Origin: Candidatus Tayloriibacteriota bacterium
Lineage (GTDB): Bacteria > Patescibacteriota > Minisyncoccia > Phycocordibacterales > SIBU01
Assembly (NCBI GenBank): GCA_016188455.1
Contig: JACPHR010000018.1
Location: forward strand, 5,079-69,078
Length of the DNA: 64,000 bases
Direction of reading: 5' to 3'
Under the pieces are notes generated by a model. That model did not search any database. It was not told the DNA's origin and was given only the letters and a program-made list of their open reading frames with translations. A program made the translations under genes and the position numbers. Shown piece after piece: positions 17,402 through 26,566 of the stretch (the stretch's first letter is position 1; every line of letters begins with the position of its first letter).

Positions 17402-17812
17402 TTAGTCTATGAGCTTGTCTTTACCGGTGAGCCGGACGACGTCCGATTCAAATTCCGCGCCTTGGCGGGGACCTAAAGTGCAGCTTAACATGACGGCATC
17501 TTCCAAGGCTTTATAGGCGTGCCGCTGGGGGAACGGCTGGGTGACGAGGTCGCCGGCCACTACTATTTTTTCTTCCGTCGGCGCGGTCGCGTCCGGTCTG
17601 ACGCGGCACAAGAAAGAGCCGCTTAGGATGTAATCGTACTGCACGCTCTTGTTGTGGTAATGATTGCCCCGCACCGCGCCTTTCTTGAAAGTAATGTAGG
17701 TAATGGCGTCTACCAGAGTGTGGGTGGTAATGTCTCGGATAACGCCGCGTTCGTCCTCGAAACTATTTTTTATTTTTTTGACTATCATTTTTTTTGTATT
17801 CTTTGGCGTCAA
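17402..17812 (-). CDS. Cupin-domain protein (sugar epimerase/isomerase-like)
   Basis: FEDERG, RGNHYH, HAY. Confidence 0.7.
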   Translation of the reverse strand: MTPKNTKKMIVKKIKNSFEDERGVIRDITTHTLVDAITYITFKKGAVRGNHYHNKSVQYDYILSGSFLCRVRPDATAPTEEKIVVAGDLVTQPFPQRHAYKALEDAVMLSCTLGPRQGAEFESDVVRLTGKDKLID

Positions 17813-19109
17813 CGATTCTTGGTTTTGGTATTGGTATTATAAATTTTCCTCCATTATCGCTAAAAACTTTCAAGTTATCAATGATTTCCTTTGAAAAGTT
17901 CCAAGCGAGCAAAATGGCGTAGTCGGGGCGGTTCTTAAGGAGTGCCAGGTCGGAGACAACCCGAATATAACCCCCGGCGTGGCCGCCCGGAGCGACCCGT
18001 CCCACTTTGAGGCGGGCTTTTTCCGAAATAAAACGAATATGGCGGTTGGTCAAGCCGACGTAGTTGATCAGGGTCATGCCTTTGGCCGGCGCGCTTACCG
18101 CCGCCACGGTTTTGCCTTGGCTCAAGAGCTTTTCCAGAAGTGCAATCAGCTCTTGGCGGTTTTTTTCAACCCGCCGAGCGAAGCCGCGCATGGTTTCCAG
18201 GCTGTGCAATTTACGCGATTCCTCCATTCGGATGAACTTCAAAACGCTTGGGTCGATTGGATGGGCATCTTTCCTCCCGACAAAAACCCGGAAGGAACCG
18301 CCGTGAATATCCGTCTGCTTTACCGTGAACACCGCCAGTCCGAATCGGGCAAAGAAAGGGACGAGAGGTTTGAGCGAAAGATATGAGAGGTGCTCGTGGT
18401 ATACGGTGTCGTATTCAAGGTTGTCCACGAGGTGCTGGAAGTAGGGCGATTCAAAAATAAAAACCCCGTCTTTTTTCAAAAGATATTTTACCGCCCGTAT
18501 CACCTCATCAAGGTCGTCGATATGGGCGAAGACATTGGCGCCGACGACGACCGACGCGGGTCCCTCCGCCCTTCGGATTTTTCCGGCGCTTTTCATGCCG
18601 AAGAAATCGCACAGAGTTTTGATGCCATTTTCTTTGTTGGCGATAGAGACGATATTGGGCGCGGGGTCAACGCCGACAACCCTCATGCCTTCCTTCTTGA
18701 AAGCGCCGAGTAGAGTGCCCACATTGCTGCCAATGTCAACGACTAGGCTTTTGGGCTTTAGTTTCAGTTCGCTTACCACCGAATGGGCAAAACTGTCCCA
18801 GTGGGACTGGCCGGTCTTGGTGGTGGATTGTTCGTAGGGGTAGTCGTGCTGGTAGAGTATTCGCGGGTCAACGACATGGCTTAACTGAGAGAGGCCGCAA
18901 TTTTTGCAAAGCAGCACGCGGAGAGGATAAAAAATTTCCGGCAGGTCAAGCTCGTCGGTCGCCCGAAACTGGTCTGCCGGCGGCGTCAGACCCAAGTCGA
19001 GGTAGAGCGCGAGATTCGGGCTTTTGCACATTCGGCAGTTTCGCGCCACTCGGTATAATTTTTCCAGCGCTCGGCTCTGGATGTCCGTTTTTTTGATTTT
19101 TCTCGGCAT
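17763..19109 (-). CDS. NDP-hexose C-methyltransferase
   Basis: CRMC..CKNC Zn site, DIGSNVG, YHEHLSY, HGGS, APAKG, LAWNF. Confidence 0.88.
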   Translation of the reverse strand: MPRKIKKTDIQSRALEKLYRVARNCRMCKSPNLALYLDLGLTPPADQFRATDELDLPEIFYPLRVLLCKNCGLSQLSHVVDPRILYQHDYPYEQSTTKTGQSHWDSFAHSVVSELKLKPKSLVVDIGSNVGTLLGAFKKEGMRVVGVDPAPNIVSIANKENGIKTLCDFFGMKSAGKIRRAEGPASVVVGANVFAHIDDLDEVIRAVKYLLKKDGVFIFESPYFQHLVDNLEYDTVYHEHLSYLSLKPLVPFFARFGLAVFTVKQTDIHGGSFRVFVGRKDAHPIDPSVLKFIRMEESRKLHSLETMRGFARRVEKNRQELIALLEKLLSQGKTVAAVSAPAKGMTLINYVGLTNRHIRFISEKARLKVGRVAPGGHAGGYIRVVSDLALLKNRPDYAILLAWNFSKEIIDNLKVFSDNGGKFIIPIPKPRIVDAKEYKKNDSQKNKK

Positions 19110-19118
19110 GAATTTGGT

Positions 19119-19225
19119 GTGAATGGCGAAGTTCGCTTTCGGCGCAGAGAAACCCCTCCCGCGCGCCTTGGCTGGACTCTAGGCAAGCGGGAGGGGTTTC
19201 TTGAAGCGCGAGCTTCGCCATTCAC
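19119..19225. mobile_element. Family-A palindromic element with covarying ends
   Basis: GTGAATGGCGAAG..CTTCGCCATTCAC ends; same inner AGAAACCCCTCCCGC stem. Confidence 0.85.
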
Positions 19226-19253
19226 GGAAATTTAATGACAGATTTTCTCACAG

Positions 19254-20027
19254 TTACGGCTTTTTTGCAACGATTGCCATGGCCCACTTTTTGTCTGAAA
19301 TAGGGAGCTTGGCGTTACCGAATTGACAAGCGAGAGCCAGCTTGAAGCCGTGTCTTCGGAGTATTTTTCTGATGTCTCCAAGTTTCCAAGCGCGGACGCG
19401 GTGCTTTTCCGTTTCTCGTCCCGTAATTTTGCCGCTTTTAATTTCCATCAGTTCAATTTTCAGGTTGATCGTTTCGCCGCCGCCAAAAGGCGTCGCGTCC
19501 GTCAGGCGATAGAGTTCCGTAGGGCCCCGCCTAAATTTTACAAAGCGCGTTTTTGGCGGGTCTTTTTTCACGGCGCCGGCGTTCCAGCAGTCAAAAATAA
19601 ATACGGCTTTCGGTTTAAGCGCCCTCGCGGCGGTTATAAAAACCGCTTCCAATTCCTTGAGATTTTTGCAATAACCGATGACATTAAACATGGAAAGCGC
19701 GGCGTCAAATTTTTTGTCGGTTTGCCACGAGCGGATATCGCCGTGCTCGATGGTGACGCGCCGCAACCTTTCTTTTTTAATTTTTTGCCGAGCCAAAGCG
19801 ACCATGCCTTTTGAGAAATCAACGCCGTGAATGGTATACCCCTTTTTGAGCAAACACCGTTCGTGATTTAAGGTGCCCGCCCCAAAACTGGCGAGAGTTT
19901 TCGCGCCGGGCCGGCCATATTTTTTTAGGAGCGAACTAAAAAAGAGCGCCTCGCCGGCGTAATCTTTTTTGCCGTAGATGAGGTCGTAGTATTTGGAATG
20001 GAGTTTATTGAAAATGGTTAACGGCAT
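19254..20027 (-). CDS. Class I SAM-dependent methyltransferase
   Basis: YYDLIY..KDY, FGAGT, GVDFS, GDIR, FDAALSMF, LKP. Confidence 0.8.
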   Translation of the reverse strand: MPLTIFNKLHSKYYDLIYGKKDYAGEALFFSSLLKKYGRPGAKTLASFGAGTLNHERCLLKKGYTIHGVDFSKGMVALARQKIKKERLRRVTIEHGDIRSWQTDKKFDAALSMFNVIGYCKNLKELEAVFITAARALKPKAVFIFDCWNAGAVKKDPPKTRFVKFRRGPTELYRLTDATPFGGGETINLKIELMEIKSGKITGRETEKHRVRAWKLGDIRKILRRHGFKLALACQFGNAKLPISDKKWAMAIVAKKP

Positions 20028-20079
20028 GTTAGAAAACTAACACATTCAAGGCTTTTTTGCCACTTATGTAGAACCAAAT

Positions 20080-20110
20080 AAAAACCGCCTTGGTTACAAT
20101 GCCAAGGCGG
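20080..20110 (-). terminator. Intrinsic terminator
   Basis: CCGCCTTGG/CCAAGGCGG plus U-tract. Confidence 0.7.
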
Positions 20111-20133
20111 CTTGCGCGGTCAGACTTTTTCTT

Positions 20134-20893
20134 TTATTTCGGAGCCCACATTTCGTAGTACTCCCCGAGACATTTATTGATGTCATCCTCCACGGTATTC
20201 GGCACACCGTGAGCCTCGGACACTTCTCGCGCGAAGGCGCGGATGAAAAAGAGCAGGTGCTCAAACCGCCACGGATGGCGTTTGATCAACTTGCGGATTA
20301 GGGGAAATACCGCGTACCATTCAAGGATTCGATAGAAATTTTGGTAAAGGGTTTCGTAACCTTTCTTCCCCGGTTCCGCTTCGGCCGTTGAGCCGTAGCC
20401 GAAGGGATGTTTCGGTTCGTAGGCGGGCATTTTACAGCCGAGCCATTGGAAACCCGATATTCCACCGAGTACCCCGACCCGGTCCCATTTGTCCGCGAGC
20501 CGTAGCGCTTGGAGGACCGGTGAGTCATTTTCACTGTCTAGGAATTTGCTGTGCTCCTCCACCGCTTGGATGATCCTCGCGGCAACTTCTTCATTTAGTT
20601 TGTCCCATATCATTTCCCCCCAACACGACACGCAGAGTTTTCTCCGCAATTTCTTCCTGGAAAGCCCCGCAACGGTCAACATTGTGGAGCCACACGGCAA
20701 TCTCGTACTCAACCCTTTCAACTCTAGGAATGAGCTCGGCGATTTCAGGGAACATGCGCTCCATACGTAGCACGTGCGGGAGGTCATGGGCTCCTTGAGC
20801 GACGTAAAGCGGTCGAAGTTGTTTTTTCAAATTTTCTAGGAGTTTGTTCGCTTTCAAAGATTTCTCCTTTTTCAAGTTCTTCTTTAAACCCAC
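20134..20893 (-). pseudogene. HD-domain-like protein, frameshifted at a G6 tract
   Basis: HDLPHV..AVWLHNVDRC in one frame, AVEEH..LADKWDR..EWY in another; paralog of 53347-54042; shift at 20616-20621. Confidence 0.75.
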
Positions 20894-20941
20894 TTTCGGG
20901 CAAGGCTTCAGCCGGCCGATTTAGGTTTTGGTCTGGCAGGA

Positions 20942-20970
20942 ACTATATACATATTATTTAACATTGTCAA
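20942..20970 (-). promoter_or_regulatory. Sigma70 promoter
   Basis: TTGACA-17-TATAGT. Confidence 0.75.
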
Positions 20971-21011
20971 GTAAGCTCATGAGGTTGGCGCGTGTTACCA
21001 TAAAGGCTCCT

Positions 21012-21063
21012 AGATGAACATACGAATATACGAATTATACGAACAATACGAATGGCTACGAAT
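21012..21063 (+). repeat. TACGAA short-period array
   Basis: AGATGAACATACGAATATACGAATTATACGAACAATACGAATGGCTACGAAT; related copy at 22376-22391. Confidence 0.7.
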
Positions 21064-21164
21064 CCCGTTAGAAGTCCAAAGATTGTATGTATATAGCAAG
21101 AGCATACATATTTGAAAAACATCGGATGTATTGCAGTACAGGATTTAGCAAGACTTCTGACGGG
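21064..21164. mobile_element. Family-B element (101 bp) with exact 6-bp flanking repeat
   Basis: ACGAAT-CCCGTTAGAAGTC..GACTTCTGACGGG-ACGAAT. Confidence 0.88.
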
Positions 21165-21217
21165 ACGAATAAAAAAATACCCCGCGTTGCGCGGCGGTGT
21201 CGCCATTAAATTTGCTT

Positions 21218-22381
21218 ATGGCGGGAATTTCTCATATTAAAAAGTTGTATCTAATATTTCACGGGCGGTTTCCGTCTGAAAAGGCGGCGGCGCTTTTCGC
21301 CGCGAAAAGCGCCGAAGCCTTCGCCGAGAGGGGTCTCGACGTAATGGTTCTCGCGCCTCGCCGCCTCGGCCGCGCCAAACAGACCGCCTTTGATTTTTAC
21401 CGCTTGAAAAATAATTTCCAAGTGGTGTTTTTGCCGACGGTTGATTTGTTCAAAGTTCCGGTTTTGAAGCGGCTTGCTTTTCCCGCCAGTTTTTTTTCCT
21501 TTTCTGTTTTTACATTTTTCTATTTACTGTTCGCCGCCAAAAAATCCGACATCATTTATTCCAACGAAGCTCTGCCGATTCTTTTGGCCGCGCTGGCGTT
21601 TCCGAAAACGGCGTATGAAATTCATGATTTTCCGAAAAAAAACTTTTTCTACGCCGCGGTACTTGCCCGGGTCAAGTTTATTATTGCCACCAATCATTGG
21701 AAAAAAAAGAAGCTTCAGGAAATTTTTGCCATGGCCGCCGAAAAAATTCTTGCCGAACCAAACGCCGTTTCGCTTGACGATTTTTTGGCCAGCCAGTCCA
21801 AGGCCGAAGCCCGAAGCAAGCTCAGGTTGCCCTCTGACGCCGTCCTCATCTGCTATATTGGAACACTTCGCACCATGGGCATGGAAAAGGGGATAGAGAT
21901 TTTACTCAAAGCAGTAAAATCAGTTGTAAGTTGTAAGTTGTTAGTTGTGGGAGGGAGCCCTGAGGATGTGGAATTTTATAAAAAAGTGGCCAGTGAGTGT
22001 GGCATTATTGACAGAGTTATTTTCACCGGTTTCGCGCCGCACCCGAAAGTGCCACTTTATCTTGCCGCCGCCGATATTTTAGTCGCGCCCTTTCCGAAAA
22101 ACGACCATTATGAATTTTACATGTCGCCCATGAAGATTTTTGAGTACATGGCAAGCGGCCGCCCCATCATCGCTTCCGACCTCAATTCCATAAGGGAAAT
22201 TCTTCCGGCAGACAGCGCCGTTTTTGTCCCGCCGGGCGACGGTTCGGCGCTTACGGCGGCTATCAGTGAGCTTATGGCCGACAAAGAAAAGGTTTCGCGC
22301 TGCGCCGCCAAAGCCTTGGCGGCAGTTGTCGAACACACTTGGCCAAAGCGGGCGGAGAGGATTCTTCAATTTATAAGATGA
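21218..22381 (+). CDS. GT4 glycosyltransferase
   Basis: EPNAV, YIG, KGIE, SPMKIFEYMASGRPIIASD. Confidence 0.88.
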   Translation: MAGISHIKKLYLIFHGRFPSEKAAALFAAKSAEAFAERGLDVMVLAPRRLGRAKQTAFDFYRLKNNFQVVFLPTVDLFKVPVLKRLAFPASFFSFSVFTFFYLLFAAKKSDIIYSNEALPILLAALAFPKTAYEIHDFPKKNFFYAAVLARVKFIIATNHWKKKKLQEIFAMAAEKILAEPNAVSLDDFLASQSKAEARSKLRLPSDAVLICYIGTLRTMGMEKGIEILLKAVKSVVSCKLLVVGGSPEDVEFYKKVASECGIIDRVIFTGFAPHPKVPLYLAAADILVAPFPKNDHYEFYMSPMKIFEYMASGRPIIASDLNSIREILPADSAVFVPPGDGSALTAAISELMADKEKVSRCAAKALAAVVEHTWPKRAERILQFIR

Positions 22382-22451
22382 ACACACGAATGGCTGCAAA
22401 TTTATTCGAGCGGTCGCTTGCATTACTTAAAATTGCGAATACAATCTTTCT

Positions 22452-23489
22452 ATGAGCAAAAATTCGGCGAGGAGCAATCCGGGACTGTCCCGGGACAGAG
22501 CCGTCATTATTACCCAAACGCCAATGAGGATTACGCTGGCCGGCGGGGGCACCGATGTTAGCTGGTACAGCAAAATCAAAGGCGGCGCTTGGATAAGCGC
22601 TTCCATCAACCGCTATTTGGTAGTTACTTTGACGATGACCGAGGACCCGAATTTTATCGGCTACGGCTACGGCCAGGAAGCCACTCAAGGCAATTCCTAT
22701 AAAGACATACCCAACCCTTACGTCAAAGCTTGCTTGGAGCACGCGGGGGTAACCAAAGGAGTGAGTGTCAATATCACCTCGGAGGTTTCCGGCCGGTCAG
22801 GCTTGGGCGGGTCGGCGGCTCTGGAAGTCGGATTGCTCAACGCCCTTTATTGCTTCAAAAGAAAGTCGGTTTCTCGGTTGGAATTGGCCAAAAAGGCTTT
22901 TCAGATTGAAAGCGTCAAACTGAAGCGGGACTTTATCGGTCCGCAGGACCAGTACATCGTGGCCTTGGGCGGTTTTAATTACTTTGAAAGGGACACCTCG
23001 GGGCGGGTGACGGTGGAGCCTTTGCCGCTGTCCCTGCATACCATTTCAGAATTGGAGTCCAATCTTTTATTTTTTAGAACCGGCATATACCGAGACGCCC
23101 ATGCCGCTTTAGCGGACCAGCAAGAGCGCGCCGGCCGCAAAAACATCAAGGCCTTGGACGACATCAAAAAGCTGGGGCAAAAGGCCAGGGCCTATTTGCT
23201 GAAGGGGGACGTTGACAGTTTCGGCAAAACTTTCAACGAGCATTGGCGGATTAAAAAAACTCTGTCTCAAAAAGTTTCTAATCCCAAGATAGACCGATGG
23301 TACTCTGAAGCCATGAAGGCGGGGGCCTTGGGCGGCAAAATCATAGGCGCGGGCGGCGGCGGGTGGTTTGTGTTTTATGTCAACAAGAAAAAAGAGGCCT
23401 TCAGGGCCAGGATGGCGGCGATCGGTTTACAGGAACGCAAAGTGCGATTTGATTTGGAAGGCACTAAAGTATTGGTTAATCTAAGCTGA
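22452..23489 (+). CDS. hddA: GHMP sugar-phosphate kinase (HddA/LmbP-like)
   Basis: PMRITLAGGGTD, SGLGGSA, GPQDQY, GGKIIGAGGGG. Confidence 0.8.
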   Translation: MSKNSARSNPGLSRDRAVIITQTPMRITLAGGGTDVSWYSKIKGGAWISASINRYLVVTLTMTEDPNFIGYGYGQEATQGNSYKDIPNPYVKACLEHAGVTKGVSVNITSEVSGRSGLGGSAALEVGLLNALYCFKRKSVSRLELAKKAFQIESVKLKRDFIGPQDQYIVALGGFNYFERDTSGRVTVEPLPLSLHTISELESNLLFFRTGIYRDAHAALADQQERAGRKNIKALDDIKKLGQKARAYLLKGDVDSFGKTFNEHWRIKKTLSQKVSNPKIDRWYSEAMKAGALGGKIIGAGGGGWFVFYVNKKKEAFRARMAAIGLQERKVRFDLEGTKVLVNLS

Positions 23490-24073
23490 TGAAAAAACAA
23501 CAAAATTACATCAATACGTATCTCACGCTCGTAAAAAAAGTCGTCGCGGGTCTGGACACCGCGGAGATTGAGGCCGTGATTTCCCTTTTGGTTAAGCTTA
23601 AAAAAGCGGGCGGCCGGCTTTTCCTCTTGGGGGTCGGCGGCTCGGCGGCCAATTGTTCTCACGCCGTCAACGATTTCCGGAAAATCTGCCGCATTGAAGC
23701 CTATGCGCCGACCGACAATGTGGCCGAATTGACGGCCAGAACCAACGATGACGGTTGGGGAACCGTTTTTTGCAACTGGCTTGAAGTCAGTAAGCTCACT
23801 TCCTCGGACATGGTTATGGTTTTGTCGGTCGGCGGCGGCCTCATGGAAAAAAACGTAAGCCCCAATATCGTCAAGGCCTTGGAGTTCGCGCAAAAAGTCG
23901 GCAGTGTCATCACCGGCATCGTCAGCCGCGACGGCGGCTATACTCGAAAAGTGGCGACTGCCTCCATTCTCATTCCCATTGGCGAAGCGGATTTCATTAC
24001 GCCCCTCGCCGAAAGTTTTCAGGCGGTCATCTGGCATTTGCTGGTGACTCATCCGAAACTCGCCAAACATTGA
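23489..24073 (+). CDS. gmhA: SIS-domain phosphosugar isomerase (GmhA/LmbN-like)
   Basis: GVGGSAANCSHAVNDF, TARTND, SPNIV, GG, ES..H. Confidence 0.75.
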   Translation: MKKQQNYINTYLTLVKKVVAGLDTAEIEAVISLLVKLKKAGGRLFLLGVGGSAANCSHAVNDFRKICRIEAYAPTDNVAELTARTNDDGWGTVFCNWLEVSKLTSSDMVMVLSVGGGLMEKNVSPNIVKALEFAQKVGSVITGIVSRDGGYTRKVATASILIPIGEADFITPLAESFQAVIWHLLVTHPKLAKH

Positions 24074-24098
24074 CAAAGAAACTCATACATGCTACGCT
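24070..24098 (+). promoter_or_regulatory. Sigma70 promoter overlapping the gmhA stop
   Basis: TTGACA-17-TACGCT with extended TG. Confidence 0.6.
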
Positions 24099-24159
24099 TT
24101 TAACAGTCTTTGAACAGTAAAAAATTAGGTAACCCTCAAAAAGAAAGTAGAGGTGTCAG

Positions 24160-24919
24160 ATGTTTGAAATGGTCGCTATTCTCGGCCGCGGTATTCAGGC
24201 TTTCGGAGAACGGTCCTTGGGTTCTGACCGAGGACCTTGAGGTTTGCGACGAACGGTCGGCTCATCTTCCGGTCCGGGTTCCGGCGGATGATGATAACCC
24301 GTTTTGTATGGTCGGCGGCGGCGAAATGAACTTGAGGGCGGGCATTGAGCTCATCTACAAGTACGGCCCGACGATGGTTGTTTGCGCCTATGGCGGCCGT
24401 TCCCAATACCTGGAGTCCATTGGCGCGCCGTCGGAGAGCGAGGTGATGAGCAGGGAACTGCGCTACCAAATTCAGTATGACCTCGAAATCTCGTCATGGC
24501 GACCATCGTTACCCAGCATTGTAGTCTGGAAACGCACTCGCCAGCTCCCCGTGCCCTCCAACACCCGCCAAGAGCTCCTTAACATCTTTGACTTGGCGAT
24601 TGAGTACGAAATGACCCGGGTCGCCATCGTCACAGTCGGCGTCCATGTCCCGCGAGCGGCAACTTACGTTGCCAAACATCTCTCGGTCTACGAGAAATAT
24701 CGCGGGCTTTCCCCGGTCGTTCTTGAAAGCGAGGAGGTGTTGCTCGCCGCCAATCGTGAGAAATACGGTCCGCGCGTGGAAGCGCTCCGCAATTCAAAAT
24801 CCTTCGCCCGCAACTGGGGAGGGAAAAACCGCGAGGTGGACGGAATTTCAAAAATTGTCCGCGATGTGTACGGCGACGCGGTAAAGCCCCTCGTTGAGGC
24901 AAAGACGGCGTCCGCGTAA
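24160..24919 (+). pseudogene. DUF218/YdcF-like gene, apparently frameshifted near 24198
   Basis: GAGGT then ATG 24160 gives MFEMVAILGRGIQ; the remainder (SESEVM, SNTRQE, IVTVGVHVPRA) is in another frame. Confidence 0.6.
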
Positions 24920-24927
24920 AAATCAAG

Positions 24928-24967
24928 GCGGTCGTTCCAAATCTGGAACGACCGCATTTCTTTTTTT
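24928..24967 (+). terminator. Intrinsic terminator
   Basis: GCGGTCGTTCCA/TGGAACGACCGC plus T-tract. Confidence 0.75.
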
Positions 24968-25822
24968 CTAGAACTGCCGCGGCGGGTGAAAAGTTTTTCT
25001 GGCCGATTCCAGTTTTTGGAGATTGCCGATATCTATGAAATAACCGGTTGTCGGGTAGGCATACAAGGCCTTTTTTGAAGCGAGCAACTTCGGGTAAATG
25101 TCCGCGCCAAAGTCGCTTTTCAGCGACTCTGGGATGAAATCAAAAATTTCCGGTTCCAAAACGTAAAATGAGCCGTTGACGAAGACGGGCTCGCCCCGCG
25201 TGTCTTTCACGGTCGGACGCTCTATAAATTCTAAAATCCTGTTCGTATCGTCAAATTTTATCATGCTCTTTGGGTCTGGCCCCTCTCTTTTGTAGACGTT
25301 CAAGGTGGCGAAGGCCTTTGTTTTTTTGTGGCCCTCAATCATTTTAGTGACATCAAGCTCTCTTACAATATCGGCGTATGTCACGATGAAACTTTCCTTG
25401 ATATAGGACTTCCGCAGTCGGCGCATTTCTTCGTTGCTTCGCTCGTTTGCTCCCGCAGTGTATATGCATACACTTTGGTCGCAAGCCTCGCTCGCGCCTC
25501 GAACTGCATCCGACTGCGTAGGTCCTATGATGAATTTTTTAGCGAGGGTTATGGCGCCGGCGGTGCCGAGGGGATTTTTCGGGTCTTCGTGCGTATAGGC
25601 GATGCGCACACCGAATTTGGAACCATCACCAAAGTAAGAAACTACTTTCTCCGGCAAATGACAAAGGGCGATGATAAAATCTTTGACGCCGTGGCTTTTT
25701 AATAAATCAACCGTGTGGAAAAGAATGGGTTTGCCCCCGACCTCCAGCATCGGTTTTGGGGTAGTATCGGTGAAAGGCCGCAGTCTTTCTCCTTTTCCTC
25801 CTGCGACAATTATGGCTTTCAT
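24968..25822 (-). CDS. Sugar-1-phosphate nucleotidyltransferase (HddC/LmbO-like) with a 43-aa in-frame insertion
   Basis: AGGKGERLRPFT..PKPM, PLGTAG, DIG; insert between KKFI and KESF. Confidence 0.88.
   Translation of the reverse strand: MKAIIVAGGKGERLRPFTDTTPKPMLEVGGKPILFHTVDLLKSHGVKDFIIALCHLPEKVVSYFGDGSKFGVRIAYTHEDPKNPLGTAGAITLAKKFIIGPTQSDAVRGASEACDQSVCIYTAGANERSNEEMRRLRKSYIKESFIVTYADIVRELDVTKMIEGHKKTKAFATLNVYKREGPDPKSMIKFDDTNRILEFIERPTVKDTRGEPVFVNGSFYVLEPEIFDFIPESLKSDFGADIYPKLLASKKALYAYPTTGYFIDIGNLQKLESARKTFHPPRQF
25404..25527. mobile_element. Family-C palindromic element inserted in frame
   Basis: TAGGACTTCCGCAGTCGG..CCGACTGCGTAGGTCCTA; TGAT repeated at 25399 and 25528 (129 bp apart); homolog at 39738-39864. 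Confidence 0.92.
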
Positions 25823-25937
25823 CCCGTTAGAAATAGGACGCGGACAGGCATCCTCCGCATCCCGAATTATTGCGAGTAAGATTCAACTTTGATATTGAAG
25901 TCATGTATTTTTTTTCGCGTCCGCGATTTCTAACGGG
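25823..25937. mobile_element. Family-B element (115 bp)
   Basis: CCCGTTAGAAAT..ATTTCTAACGGG; abuts the start codon at 25822 and contains the TAG stop of gmhB. Confidence 0.88.
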
Positions 25938-26538
25938 ACCGTTTTATTAGTGGTACGGCGTCCGTAAGTTTTTTAATTATAAAATCCGGTTTGATATCGC
26001 CCAGTTGCCGCTCAATGATTCTTAAATTTTCCGCCGCGTCTATGTTGGCGAGAAGCATGGTTTTGCAGCCGGCCGCTTTGCCCGCCAGTACGTCCGCTAC
26101 GCCGTCTCCTATCGTCCATGAAGAGTTTAAGTCAATGTCGTGTTCTTTGGCGGCTTCCAGAAATAAACCCACCCCGGGTTTTCGGCAGTCGCATTTTTTT
26201 CTGAATTTTTTGACTTTGGCGAAGGGATGGTGGAAGCAGTAATACTCCGCGTCAATCGTTACGGCTTCTTTTTTCAGCAGGCCTTTAATTTTTCGGGAGA
26301 TTCGCGCGAAGTTGGCTTCGCTGGTTTTTGCCAACGCCAGATTCGGCTGGTTGGATATAATAATCAAAAGATACCCAAGTTTTTTGGCCCATTTTAAGAG
26401 CGGCACGATGCCAAACACCAGTCGAACCTGCGCGGTATTAAGCGGGCTCTCAATGACGCCGTATTCGGGGTCGTAGCGGAGCTCGTTTATGATGCCGTCT
26501 CTATCCAAAAATATAGCCCTTTTTTTCCTTGCAAACAT
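25930..26538 (-). CDS. gmhB: HAD sugar-bisphosphate phosphatase (GmhB/LmbK-like)
   Basis: FLDRDGIIN, SNQ, CFHHP, CDCRKP, IGD..D; start reset to 26538. Confidence 0.85.
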   Translation of the reverse strand: MFARKKRAIFLDRDGIINELRYDPEYGVIESPLNTAQVRLVFGIVPLLKWAKKLGYLLIIISNQPNLALAKTSEANFARISRKIKGLLKKEAVTIDAEYYCFHHPFAKVKKFRKKCDCRKPGVGLFLEAAKEHDIDLNSSWTIGDGVADVLAGKAAGCKTMLLANIDAAENLRIIERQLGDIKPDFIIKKLTDAVPLIKRSR

Positions 26539-26566
26539 GGGTTTAGAGTATACAATATCACTTATC

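Noticed and set aside
21630-21710. A8 tracts as phase-variation switches
   Set aside because: A/T runs of 7-8 are common here because of Lys/Phe codons, and the frame is intact
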